From: Octopus vulgaris
Taxonomy: Eukaryota
Direction: 5' to 3'
NCBI GenBank assembly: GCA_951406725.2
Contig: OX597821.1
Location: 24,490,001-24,554,000, forward strand
Length of the DNA stretch: 64,000 bases
The notes beneath the pieces are model-generated. The model was not told the origin of the DNA and searched no databases. It saw only the letters and a list, made by a program, of their open reading frames with translations. Shown piece after piece: positions 42,678 to 56,815 of the stretch; the stretch's first letter is position 1; each line of letters opens with the position of its first letter. A program made the translations under genes and the position numbers.

Positions 42678-44791
42678 CATATATTTACATATATTATAAT
42701 ATATTATACTGTATCATATATAATATATATATAGAAAAAGAGAGAGATAAGAGAGAGAGATATGTAAGTAGATTGAGAAAAAAAGTCTTGATGCATTATT
42801 GAGTATAAGAATATTCCAAATTAGACATAAATAAAATCATTCGCTCTTGTTTCTTGTCAGTCTTATATGGATCAGCTAGAAAGTATAATGAAAGACGAAG
42901 AAGCGGTTAACGCAGGCAAAAACCAGAAATCAAAGATGCTACTAATTTTGTAAAGAGTGAGAAGAGCCAAGCGCTCATCGTGATCGAGGATGATGTCAAG
43001 AAGGGAACGATGAACATTAGTGGTTAAACGCTACCGTGGAAAACCGGTGTAGATAATAGAATAAAGAAGTTAATACTTCTACGAAGAACACAAAACTGCC
43101 TGGTAGAGACACAAACAGGATAAGTAATATGTTTTGGCTGTGATGGCTGTAGTGGTGTTGGTAGAGGTAGTGAACGTCGGTAATCATAGTAGCGATGGAG
43201 ATATCTGTTGTTATGGTCGTTATAGTTGTACTGATAATTGCTGTAAAATCGGGTGTTATTAAATACTTTTTACATTAAAAGCTCCAATTCATTAGTTACG
43301 GCTACAAAATAATGTAACACATCGCATAAGAGAAACAATGGACTCTGATTCAAAACCTGACGTTTTATAAAGTAGATAGAATAACGTTGAAGTGATTAGC
43401 TATATTCGAGAATGAAACAGAGATCATTAGCCCAATGTTCATGTATATAATATGATATTCAGGCATTATGGATAATGCAATGTTGTGGTTTTGCATGTAG
43501 GATAGTGTTCGGCTGATTATGCATATGATATGGCTTTGAGATGGCGTGAAAATAAAATAGTGTTTTATAGAATATTTTGCTTGTATGATGCATTAAACCT
43601 CAGCAGTTGCTATGGAGAAGAGCACAATCACTCAATGGAGTACTGACACTATTTACACATGTACTTATATATCACACACCCACACACAAAACAAACACCA
43701 GCGCTCACTCACACATACAGATATGCACATACAACATATGCTTTTGTCATGCATTATCGGTACCACCCATTATTGATATGTAAATTATAGATAAATAGAT
43801 AATGTATTGACGATCAGATTCTTGGAGAAAATCACCCAGCTTCAAAACTGGGACTTTTAGAATTTATAATCTCGAGTACTTATTTCGAAATTTGTTTATT
43901 TTGGAAGGGTTCTAACTGTTCCTTGATAATGTTTTCTTTCAAACCATTTTAACGCTAATCTTAAGTCTAACTTTAAGCTACGGTTAGTTTGTACACGATT
44001 ATAATCTACATTAAATATTACATCACTTAAAGTACTTTCTGAAATTTGAAGCAGTAGATCGATTTAATGTCTCTATTGGCACTAATGATAATGATAATGT
44101 ATATGTCCAGTCGGCCTGTACATACTAGACGTACTTACGTATAAATTCACTAACAATAATTTTGGATTATATCGAGATGACAGGTTGCTTATATCATGCA
44201 GATGTAATAATTATAATCTAGGTTCTTTCAGAGAAAATCACAGATTTTTAATAACATAGAAGTCAACATTACGATAGCCACTAATTATGACAAAAGCTTT
44301 CCTTGGTATAGACCCCACCACTTACAAACTATTTCATAAGACTTCTGAGATGTTGACTTTAGCATCAAGTCAAGGGTCTCGAAACGAACTGAGGGAAAGC
44401 GATCTTTGCACAGTAGAAATAACACATCCTGCTGAAGTCAGAGCTGTTATATCGATCAGTATACACACATATCGCATACATTCATAGACATACACAAATA
44501 CATACTCATGCGCGCACATACACAGATATACACGTGCAGGTACATACACTCACGCGCACACTCACCTACTCACCTGCGTATAGCCCTCCCATCCCATATA
44601 CACGACACTAATCACGCCCTTCACTTCTTCAAATGTAATTGAACTGAATATAGATTAACTATAATTAAAAATGCAAATATGTGAGTGAAAATTTAGTTTG
44701 TAAACGAAATATTACTGAATCTTTTGATACTCCATACGTCAAAATTGGTGACTCGGTTTTTGGAATGCATAAGGAATATACACACATACAC

Positions 44792-44877
<86 letters not shown>

Positions 44878-45149
44878 ACATATATATACAGGACAGACTT
44901 CTTTCAAACTGAAAGTATTATCTCACATTAAAATAGAGACGTAATACTGAAATAGTGTAAGAGATAAGAGATTGATCCCGGCTCGCATTATGCAAGAAGT
45001 TGAAACTTTTTTGACCTATGACACTGCATGGACCCCAAGTAAGGTGTGTGTAAAATTTGAAGGAAATCGGTTGTGTAATTCTCGAGTTTTAGGGATTCAC
45101 ACGGACAGACACACATTCTCATCTTTATATATATATATATATATCAGTA

Positions 45150-45979
45150 AATAAATGGAGTTGAACGCAGATGTTATTAAAATTCTTTTACTTTCGACAT
45201 ATGTTTCGAAGACCACATTGGTTTTATTCCATAGGAATAAACGGTGTAAAATGCAATCTTCTCATCAGGAAAGAAAGAGAGCCTATCTCAACAACAAGAC
45301 ATTATAACAATTATGATGACTGCATAAATGATAAACAGAACGTTATTAAGTATTTTAAAAAAAACCGTTAGTAGATACGACGTCAAAGGCAGATACTAGA
45401 AAGAGAAGGGTTAAAGAAATAATAAGTAGAGAACAAATAAAGAGGGATACGTTGGTTGAAAAAATGTTCAAAGGCTTAGAAGTAGATTTCTCTATTGAAG
45501 TAAAGTGCACGTTAAACTAACTGCTCAAACTATAAAGACTGGCAAAATCACTTATATGAGCTAAAGGTATATTTCTGCCAGTGTTTACATTTTTAAGATC
45601 GCTCTATATGTGTGTTAACAAGGTGAATCTTAGAGAAGAGAATATGGAAGAGTTCAGAGCTGCAAATGTTACAAAATCCCTTGCCCTTATCGTAAGGAAA
45701 AGATATGGACAGGATGAACCAATCTAACTTGAAATCTTTATTGTTGTCTTTAAGATGCCAAACCAATTTACTTAGCCCTGTGCTATGACGTTTACTGCTA
45801 TCCCTAAATGATAAATAATGATTTGAAATTCTCTTAGATAACAGGAAAGAGGAAGCTCCAATGTAGAAGTAGACATCGGTACCGCAAGAAATTTTACACT
45901 GGTAGATAGAATTCTTGATCTTAGAATTATTAGACATAAATTTAATTCTGTTGCGGTTGTCCTCAGAGACCAAAACCAT
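45150..45979 (-). mobile_element. 3' end of a second Penelope-like family (GIY-YIG domain plus 3' region)
   Basis: SIYQCKISC...YFYIGAS...KRISNHYLSF...STGLSKLVWHLKD...C.IC..E. Confidence 0.75.
45191..45273 (-). ncRNA. Type I hammerhead ribozyme with a canonical core
   Basis: ctttc-CTGATGA-gaaga...tcttc-GAAA-cat-atg-TC-gaaag; all three stems pair and the cleavage triplet is GUC. Confidence 0.8.
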
Positions 45980-45990
45980 GTTTTTATTGC

Positions 45991-46031
<41 letters not shown>

Positions 46032-46034
46032 TAT

Positions 46035-46272
46035 AAGGTGTTTATAAGCCATTTAAAAATCACACAAAAACCGTTAGATTCACTTCAACATTTAAATTTA
46101 ATTTGTCAAAATATTTTCGACGCTTTGAGACCGCGACCTGTTCACTTGCACGGTTTTGTCAGTGAACAGGTCGCGGTCTCAAAGCGACGAAAATTATTTG
46201 ACAAATCAAATTTAAATGTTGAAGTGAATCTAACGGTTTTTGTGTATTTCTTAAATGGCTTATAAACACCTT
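46035..46272. repeat. Inverted repeat with ~110 bp arms
   Basis: aaggtgtttataagccattt...cctgttcact / agtgaacagg...aaatggcttataaacacctt. Confidence 0.85.
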
Positions 46273-46343
46273 CCACGCTGCAATTGTTTTCGTTCCAGCA
46301 CACGATCTCAGATCAAGTCACTGGCTATGCAAGTACATCTCCG

Positions 46344-46433
<90 letters not shown>

Positions 46434-46757
46434 GTACATACATATACATAATATGAATACACACGCACACGCATACACACGCATACAAGCATGCACGAAC
46501 GCACGCACACATAGAATTGGCAACCCAAACACGGAAAATTGACTCAAAACATTCGGGAATTTTTTATTTAATCGGCAGAAGTTACTAAGTGTATCAAAGG
46601 CTGTGAATTCTGTGCCGATGCACAAAACCTTTGGTCTTCAGTCGCTTTATACCATCTGTTGATTAAATTCTATACATGCACGCACACACGCACACACACA
46701 CACACACACCACACACCCACACACACACGCACACACGCATACACACATATATGTATA

Positions 46758-46960
46758 CAGTAGTCCCTCGCTATATCGCGGTTTATTATTCAAGCTTATG
46801 TCGATTCCTCTGTGGTGTTCTTTTGCATTTCTTATAAAATAAATATACAATTTACAAAAATAATTTTAAAAAATATACAGTACAGTACTGTTTCTACTTC
46901 GGGATTTTCACCTATCGTGGGGTTTTGGGAACGTAACACTCGCGCTAGTCGAGGGATTAC

Positions 46961-46962
<2 letters not shown>
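46758..46962. mobile_element. Tigger/pogo-like MITE
   Basis: TIRs cagtagtccctcgctatatcgcg / cgcgctagtcgagggattactg, preceded by TA. Confidence 0.65.
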
Positions 46963-47022
<60 letters not shown>

Positions 47023-47299
47023 TGTGTGTGCATGCATAAGTAATGTAAACAGCAGTTTGCAATGTTTCATCAAAAAGGAGAATTATTATTGGCATTAAAT
47101 GTAACTAGCGTGTTAGGAAACAGCTACATTGCTAGAAATAAGAGTTAAAGCGCTCTAATGCTGTAGTTAATACACTTGAATGAAAACATTTATACTAATA
47201 CAGACCATAATTGTCCCAAAAATATCTAGAATTCTTAATATTCACGTCAGTTTCCGCAATTTCCGTTGCCTCATCGGTTAAGCCTGCTCGGTTGTTCGG

Positions 47300-47347
<48 letters not shown>

Positions 47348-47372
47348 TGTAAATATATATATATATATAAAT

Positions 47373-47479
<107 letters not shown>

Positions 47480-47664
47480 CGTATTTTTGATTTGGTATAC
47501 ACACACGTATATATCAGTAAATAACGGACAGGGTCATGACTATTGAAAAGGTTGTAAGGCGCAACGAAAATTTTAGAAAATAAAAATAAGGAATAAGTGG
47601 AAATTTAACCGGTGAGTCTGTTAAATTATAAGGCACAAAAAATTACTCTCCGCAGACACAACAG

Positions 47665-47724
<60 letters not shown>

Positions 47725-47725
<1 letters not shown>

Positions 47726-48093
47726 TAGCTTAAGGTGATCCGCTCTACGCGCGGGTAAGAGTGTGGTTGTTATTTTCTGTTGCATCCTTTCGGCACATAA
47801 AAAGCACCATCCGAACGTGGCCGATGGCAGCGCCGCCTTGACTGGCTTCTGTGCCGGTGGCACGTAAAAGGCACCAACCGATCGTGGCCGCTGCCAGTGC
47901 CCCTCCCCCCGTGGCACTTGTGCCGGTGGCACGAAAAAAGCACCCACTACAATCACGGAGTGGTTGGCTTTAGGAAGGGCATCCAGCTGTAGAAACACTG
48001 CCAGATCAGACTGGAGCCTGGTGCAGCCTCCTGGCTTCCCAGACCCCGGTCAAACTGTCCAACCCGTGCTAGCACGGAAAACGGACGTTAAAC

Positions 48094-48128
<35 letters not shown>

Positions 48129-49346
48129 CTCCCTCTTTGTTTCTCTCTCCTTTCTCTCTCACTTTCCCACTCTCTTACTCTTCCTTTCTCTCGGACTCTC
48201 CCTCGCTTTCTCTTACTCTCTATCTTTCTCTATTTATCTCTCTCCCATTTATAAACAACAAAAGATCTTGAGTAAGTTGAGAAAGAAAGTAGTTTGAAAG
48301 ATCAATCATAAATATCAGGCAGTGACAACGGAAAGGTCTGCTTCAAGGCAGAAAGCAAAACACTAACATTTAAAAGGGAGAGACGAACTTGCGAGCTGAA
48401 TAAAAATTAAAAAATATTGGAAACCAAAGTTTGAAAGGATAGAATCTGAGGATAGTAGAGTCACCATGGCTGGCATTTCTTAATGACGGACAGTAACATA
48501 GTGGCAGTTTAACGGCTGGCGTAAAATTTTGAACTTGATGTAAAAGAAAATTCCTAAACACCAAGCTTTCAAGTGATTCTTTCTCACGACAGTAGACTCA
48601 CCATGGCAAGCATTCAAAACCTCTTCATCATGGACGGCAACACATTGACGATTTAAAGGCTGGCGCAAATTTTTTAGCTTGATGTAACAGAGAATTCCTA
48701 AACACCCGCTCCTGTAAATTTTAATCCCCTTCAAGCCCCATTTAGACCTCTTTTCACATTTTGGTTAATATAACCCGATTTCATTCGTGTCTACTCGGTT
48801 CACATTTTATAAGATGAGGAATTTTGTCCTAGAGGTCACGCCTTTCATTTGAGGAAAAAAATAGGTGTGTATATTTTCAGCACAACCGACCACATAATGC
48901 ACACATTATATATATAATGCGCAGGAGTGGTTGTGTGGTAAGTAGCTTGCTAACCAACCACATGGCTCCGGGTTCAGTCCCACTGCGTGGCATCTTGGGC
49001 AAGTGTCTTCTGCTATAGCCCCGGGCCGACCAATGCCTTGTGAGTGGATTTGGTAGATGGAAACTGAAAGAAGCCTGTCGTATATAGGTATATATATATA
49101 TTCATGTGTGTATGTGTGTGTGTTTATGTGTCTGTGTTTGTCCCCTTAGCATTGCTTGGCAACCGATTCTGGTGTGTTTACGTCCCCGTCACTTAGCGGT
49201 TCGGCAAAAGTGTCCGATAGAATAAGTACTGGGCTTACAAAGAATAAGTCCCGGGGTCGATTTGCTCGACTAAAGGCGGTGCTCCAGCATGGCTGCAGTC
49301 AAATGATTGAAACAAGTAAAAGAGTAAAAGAGTAAAAGAGTAAAAG

Positions 49347-49388
<42 letters not shown>

Positions 49389-50107
49389 GCATTATATATA
49401 TATGTGTGTGTGTGTGTGTGTACGCATTATATATACAAATGTATACAAATTATATATATATATATATATATGTATATATAAATTAAATTAGAGATAAAAC
49501 CACTATTAGGCAAATCAAACAGTGAAAAACATAAACGAAAACATAAAAATAAAATATAATATACAAAATATATAAAATATAAAATTTATAAATTTAAATT
49601 ATTTAAATTGAAAATTAAAATTATTAATTTATATTTATAACTTTTTTTAAAAATATATATAACTATCAAAAAGTATTAAAAAGTTTAATATACATATTTA
49701 TATATAGAACACACACACACACACACATACACACACATATATAAATTAACCCAATAAATGTCTGATTCATAATATTTGTTCTCATGATTGTGTGGTTGTT
49801 GTGGCGATGATAATTCTATCTATGAATGCAGACAGACGTAGAGAGAGAGAGAGAGTGTGAAAGCGCTGTCGAAGGCGGTGAGGGGGAGATATAGAACGCT
49901 GTTTGACGACGTTATAAAGAGAATTTGAAGGGGAGTTAGACGCTGTTAAACGACGTTATATATAGAAAGTGATGGGAAGGGAGAAAAGAGAGTGAGTGAC
50001 GGAGGAAGACAGATACATAAAAGAATGAGAGTAGATTTGTCAAAGTGCGTTTTTGGCCCTAGCAACGACACCTTTTAAGATAGGCATTCAGATTTATAAT
50101 ATAGAGA
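47725..50107 (-). mobile_element. Longer non-autonomous Helitron related to 9558-10589, with nested SINEs
   Basis: Same CTAG and hairpin 3' end, a TCTCTATATTATAAA 5' end and shared internal blocks. Confidence 0.65.
48918..49345 (+). mobile_element. Full-length tRNA-derived SINE
   Basis: gcgcaggagtggttgtgtggtaagtagc ... (gtaaaaga)n tail. Confidence 0.85.
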
Positions 50108-50143
50108 TGAAAGTGTGTGTGTGTGTGTGTGCGCGCGAGTAGA

Positions 50144-50181
<38 letters not shown>

Positions 50182-50283
50182 TAGAAATCGCAAGGCAACA
50201 AAAGAATGAACGAGACTTCGATATTATATAAATAGAGGAATTTATCTGTAAATATAATATGTGACAATTATCCGGTAGCCATG

Positions 50284-50341
50284 ATAAAACTCCGAGTTTC
50301 GGATGTCGTGGCGGAAACCACGCCGGCATCTCTTCAGTTAT
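50284..50341 (-). ncRNA. Hammerhead-like motif (CTGAAGA core)
   Basis: ataa-CTGAAGA-gatg...catcc-GAAA-ctc-g-gag-TT-ttat. Confidence 0.5.
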
Positions 50342-50366
50342 ATATATATATATATATATATATAAC

Positions 50367-50664
50367 TGGTACTCCGTCGCTTACGACGACGAGGGCTCCA
50401 GTTGAACCGTTCAACGGAACAGCCTGCTCGGGGAATTAACGTGCAAATTGCTGAGCACTCCACAGACACGTGTACCCTTAACGTATTTCTCAGGGAGATT
50501 TAGCGTGACACAGAATGTAACAAAGGTGGCCCTTTGAAAACGGATAGTACTTATTTTTGGCAGCTCAGTGAATTGAATCAACGTGAAAGGGCACAACACG
50601 CCGGCGAGAATCGAACTTGCGATGTTACGACCATGAGCCGAATGCCCTAAACACTAAGCTACGC

Positions 50665-50665
<1 letters not shown>
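50367..50665 (-). mobile_element. tRNA-derived SINE
   Basis: Same family as 3509-3828. Confidence 0.7.
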
Positions 50666-50741
<76 letters not shown>

Positions 50742-50852
50742 GTGTATATATATATATGTATTTACATATGTACGTATATATGTATGTGTGTGTGTATGTA
50801 TGTATGTATGTATGTATGTATGTATGTATATATGTGTATACACACACACACA

Positions 50853-50916
<64 letters not shown>

Positions 50917-50954
50917 TGCATGTATATAAAATGATTAAATAATTAGTAACGTAC

Positions 50955-52055
50955 AGCAACTTGTAAACAAATACCACTGTAGAGGACTGTGATGGCCAAC
51001 GCAACGTGCAATGCTGTGATCATAATTGATATTGTTTTTTCTTTAATGACAACATCATGGCGAAATAAGATTACGATAAGCATACAGGAGAAGATAATGG
51101 CGAACATAAGGAGGGTGACTATATAAATGGAGAAGTAGGTATTGACTTGATGTAGTAGCTCCATTATCTCTTCGTATTTCTTTTGTAGATGTATCAACTT
51201 ATTGTCAATGTCACTAGTTGTTTCTTCTTTGTCGTCGAGGAGTTTGAGTTTTTGTGAGAGGGCGTGCAACTCACAACAGATTATTTTCGCGAAAAAATAA
51301 AGTAACATAACGTCGCTGAATATTCCAGAAGCGATAAACCAGCTTAAAATTCCGAAGTTTATCCTTTCAAAAATTCTATTCTTCCATATTGGTACAAGTT
51401 GTAAAGTTTTGATGGTAAATGGTGTATCAGTAATAATAACGATGTGTAATATATTAGCAATTATTAAGATAGTCGAAAATCCTATCATCAGTTTAATTTC
51501 CATTTTTAATTTCCTGAAATAGTTTTGCTCACTCAGAGAAATATCGTAATTCGTGAATTTCTCAAGCAACTTTTTGCTATATACGATGTTGAAGATGAAC
51601 TTCATACAATGCTTTAAAATTTCTATGAAATAAAACAGGAAGAAATTAAATAAAACAACACCTGTTCCTTTGTTCACCAAAAAATTAAATGAAAAACATA
51701 AGCGTATTATATTCCAAATATAAAACAGTAAAACAATACTTTTGAAAACTTTGAACAAATTCTTTTGGTATTTGGTGAGATAACCTGATGGATAAAACTC
51801 TTGACCGGAGAGCGCCGTAAAATGTAATGCCGGTTTTAAAACGTGCATCAGTATTTCTTCACGTGAATCCCCTATTGGTCGCCTGTGGTTCATGTTGATG
51901 GATTCACTGCCGGTACATACATCAGTACAAGAGATGACAAAAGGAGTTACATTATAGCCTTGTGAACATGTATTACTTGGTTCGTTTTCTCTCATAGCTG
52001 CTACTCGGGGTTTCGGCAGATGTTTTGCGATTATTTTGTTTCTATTACCAGGCAT
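50955..52055 (-). CDS. GRL variable exon V5 (367 codons from ATG of MPGN)
   Basis: Intact ORF; GTACGT donor after ..LQVA; the ORF-track start at 52073 is a GTG, and the first ATG aligns with the V6 start MPGK. Confidence 0.85.
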
Positions 52056-54487
52056 CACGTAACTGTCTTCCACTGTAGTGGCTTTACTGAGGTTCTTGTG
52101 ATGGTGGCGTAGGAAAATGTATTGAGTGTGATGGCTGTAGACGTGTTAGTAATGGTAGTGATGGTGGTTATATTGGTACTAGTAATTGCTGTGAAGTCGG
52201 GTGCTATTCCACACTCAGGTTATTAAATGCTCCAATTCATCAGTTACGTCCACAAAGATCATGTACACATTATTAAAAGACGACAATGAACTCGTATCTA
52301 AAATTTGACTTTTTATAAAGTGGTTTATACAGATGAAGGTTCAATCCTACTGGAAGGACGATAAAATAATGGATAGATGATGTGCGATATTCGGGAATGA
52401 ACCAGAGATCATTGGTTCAACTTTAATGTATATAATATGATATACTATTCAGTTTTTATGGATAATGTAATGTTGAGGACAGTGTTCAGTTGATTATGTA
52501 TATGTTATAGCGTTGAGATGTCGTGAATATAATGTAATGTTTAATTGATGAATATTATATAATGTTGAGGTGCTTTATATATTTTGTTGGCATGATGCAT
52601 AAAAAATACAGCAGTTGCCGTGGAAAAAAGACAATCACACAATGGAGTCCTGACACTATTTACATATGCATTCATATATCGATATCCACCACTCTCTCAC
52701 AGTCATGCACACACCCGCACACAAACGCAAACACACCGTGGTCATACACACATACAGATATGTATATACAACATATAGGCTTGTCACGCATTATTGTATG
52801 TATGCCATAGATAAAATGATATAGTAATGACGATCGGACGATTTGATATAGAATACCTCTTGCAGCAGGATTCGTTTTTGTTAACTAGCTTTGAGAAGGA
52901 CATGAACGACACATATTGTCATTGGCTTTACCTCTATAATTACGTCCTTTTCCCTGAATGATAACTTACAGTCGGTGGAAGTCACAGATATAAAGCTAAG
53001 CTAACCAATGCTATTTCAGTGTTTCTTTACATGTTTTTTGCTATCGGAAGGCCTATATATACAACGCCATTTTTACTGTCGACTTTATAAATCAAAATCA
53101 TTGAACATTTTAAAATCAAAGCACTATAATCATTGAACCGTCACTAATGATCCTATGAAATCCATGGACACAACCACACTTTTTATATTTATCACTCTCA
53201 CCTTAAAACATGTATAACGGCCGTATGTCTTAACAATATTCAGTCAATACTTCTCTTAGAAGAGAATATCGATCAGTGAATCCTTTTTTTTAATCATTAT
53301 AGCTCATTTAGAACTGAACATTTTACTGATATACATGTGTGTGTGTATATATGTGTGTATGTATCTGTGCGTATCGTTATAATATGCATTATAGTTATGC
53401 ATGTATACACATATATGAAAACTGCATCCATATACATAGATGGATTGGTGAATAGTTGCTTTTATAAACGAAGGAAAAAGTAGTTTGAATATAAAGTAGG
53501 GTGTGTATATTTAATTAGTTGCTGTAGCTCTCTGCATCGTCATTAATCAACCACATTTACAATTATTGAAATAACTGAAGCAGAGAAGCAGCGTGAGTAT
53601 AGATAAGCAAAAATATTCACACATTTGCATATTCGCAAATGCAATATGACTGTCAACTATCTTCCAAGATTTGGTTAGTTTATTGAAAAAAAAGAAGAAA
53701 AAAAAAAACAAAATCAGCGTCAATTATCTATTAGCTTGTGAAGCGCAGTATTCATTTATCCATGAGCGAAAGCTAGTGATGTTTTCACTTCTTCAGTATC
53801 ACGTGTGTAAAAAAATACATAAGGGCGGAAAGTGGTCATGATCTATATAGTTATAGTATATGATGAATAAATTTATACCCTTTTCTAATTATATGATCCT
53901 CTTTTTAAGTTTTAGCAAATATATGCCTAAATTAAAATATTTCATATAGTTTTCCGCCAGGAATTTGGATTCATTAGGCGTCGTCCACGTTTCAACACAG
54001 CATCGTACACAATAACTCAACAGAAACGAAATATGCCGATACATACTCACACATGTCAATGGCATAAACATACACGCGCATACTCTCCGCGACACCATCA
54101 CAATAAATTCGTACTACACCTATCAATAAAAAAATTTCAGCTAACACACAAGCACGTACACACACATCCATAGTGTATCACACACACACACTTTTACCCA
54201 TACATACACATACGCAAAGCAGCTCAACTAGTGTACACACACAATTCAAGCTAAACAGCACTTTATAACTGTCACATATCCACATGTCGTACATAATTGC
54301 ACAAAACACATAAGCACATACACGTATTTACACAGAACACGCAATCACATATTCATATGGAACATGTACATGAATCAATGAACTACTATGCACTCTTAGT
54401 AACAATATATTCTTTATACTAAGTTCGCAAGGTACATACTAAGACTCAGAGAAATACACACATAAGCTTTGATAGCACATGTAGTAT

Positions 54488-55592
54488 TCATGTGCAATTA
54501 TTTATATCTCTACAGATTAAGTGACAAATTACAGCTCTGAAATAATTGTGGTTTCTGATTTACAGGTGTTTGAACTGAGTCAAGTGTGAAATGGAGCCTG
54601 TTGAGTGTCGAGCAGTGATCCGGTTTTTGTGTTTGAAAGGACACACACCACGGGAGACTTTTGATGAAACGAAAGTAACTTATGGTGATGATGCCCCATC
54701 ATATGACCTTGTAAAACGCTGGCATCGTGAATTCAAACATGGTCGGAACGCTGTGGAAACAGCTCCCAGATCTGGTCGCCCCCCTTCTGCCATTGATGAG
54801 GCATCTGTCCGTCAAGTTGAGGCTACCATTTTGGAAGATCGACGCATAACTATTCGCCAAATAGCCCATGAGGTCAAGATTAGTACCGGGTCTGTGGAAA
54901 CTATCATTCATGACCATTTGCATATGCAAAAGGTGTCTGCCAGATGGATTCCCAGGTTGCTCACACTTTTTCAGAAGCAACAACGCGTCGAGTGCTCTAG
55001 GATGAATTTGGAGATGTGCCAAGAAGATGAGTCAAAATTTTTCAAAAGACTGATTACACAGGATGAAACCTGGGTCCATCACTATGATCCAGAGACCAAA
55101 GCCCAGTCAATGCAGTGGAAGCACCGTGACTCACCTCCTCCAAAGAAGGCAAGGGTGCAGCCCTCTGCTGGCAAGGTCATGCTCACAGTCTTCTGGGACC
55201 AGGACGGAGTAGTGATGACAGATTTCCTGGCAAAGGGTACCACAATTACAGGATCCTATTATGCTTCACTTTTGAGGAAATTAAGAGAAGCTATCAAAAT
55301 CAAGAGGCGGGGCAAGATCAGCAAAGGCATCCTCCTCCTGCAGGACAACGCGGCTATGAACTCCTCCCCCATCCCCCCTACTCTCCTGACCTTGCACCCT
55401 CTGATTTTCACCTCTTTCCCAGCCATGAAGTTGTTTTTGAAAGGAAAGCGTTTCCCAGATGATGCAGCCTTGATTTCTGAAGTCACGTCGTGGTTGGAGG
55501 ACCAAGCTGGGGGTCTTCTACAAAAACGGTCTCCAGAGCGGCATCAAACGATGGGAAGAAAAAGACTAATAACTGTGCCAAGTTTCATTGCT
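54488..55592 (+). mobile_element. Second copy of the 2023-3310 mariner, lacking TIRs, with an internal deletion and frameshifts after DNA
   Basis: ORF 54591-55595 is nearly identical to copy 1 up to LLQDNA. Confidence 0.92.
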
Positions 55593-56462
55593 TAACTGTC
55601 TCTAACCACCCGTTTTCGCGATACTTCAGCGCTCCTTCGTGGTCCCCTAGGGGACCACGGACCACAGTTTGAGAACCACTGATCGAGAAGGTAATATAAA
55701 TAACGGTACTTTGTATCTCGGGTAAGAATATCTCTTGACAGAAAATGTGCACAGAATCCTGTAAGGATATCGAATCATATATTTGCTGTATACGTTTGTG
55801 GAAAAAATATAACAAATTTATATATAGAGATATGAATGAAACATGCGCACGTACGCACACACATACTCGCTCAAGTATATATTAGAAAAAAATTAAGCAA
55901 TGGCAACAGGTAAAATACATAGGGCAATATACAGTCAAGGTAACTACCCTCTTGCTTCAGCTGTTAAATGGAGTTCAAGGTAATTTAGGTGCCTTAATCG
56001 GCAGAATTTCACGCTTCCTTCAATACTCTCAAGCTGGTACTTAAAATCGCACAAGTATACAAAAATAAGTAAAATATTAGCCTGAATTACAAAGATAAAA
56101 AAATGTGGAATGAAGTTACGGAGGATATTAATTAAACAGCTTCGGAAAACAAGAAATAAAAGTATATAACTACGAAACGGAGATGATTTTGCGAAGTGTA
56201 AGTGTATAAGGAATGAAAGTACGTGGCCTGATGTTTAGCCCTTGAAAAAAGGGAGTGATAGGACGGAAATCAAAGGGACCTGTAGCAGGTCCGGTGTAAG
56301 AACCACCGCCACACACACACACAAACAAGGCTGTAAAATTAGAATCACGGGAAGACGTAAAGGTATTATGAGAATGAGAAAATCAAGCAGAAAAGGGAAG
56401 GAAAAAGAAAACGAATTGGACAAGAAGGAAAGATGGAAGAGTGGACGAGTATTATAAAGAAG

Positions 56463-56502
<40 letters not shown>

Positions 56503-56503
56503 C

Positions 56504-56543
<40 letters not shown>

Positions 56544-56815
56544 GGACGGACAAAGAGAGAGAGAGAATGGCGGAACGGAGAACTAGAAGACTAAAAGTTA
56601 TGAAGAAAATGGTTGCTGAAAAAGAGACAAATTCAGGCAAAAATGTTACCATCAAACAGATGAAAAATAAAACACATAAAATACAGATAACATATAAAGC
56701 AAGCAGGACAAGATAGAAACCGCTGTTAAATAAGATGGAAGCAATTTTAGCGCTTCACTTCTATATCATAGTAACGAAATCTTTTGGTTATATGTGTGTG
56801 TGTGTGTGTGTGTGT

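Larger units (their letters stand above)
25560..44660. repeat. Recent tandem segmental duplication: units ~25560-32010, ~32010-38050, ~38050-43120 and partial 43123-44660
   Basis: Near-identical exon, upstream DNA, Penelope fragment and spacer recur with periods of 6463 and 6027 bp between V-exon ends. Confidence 0.95.
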
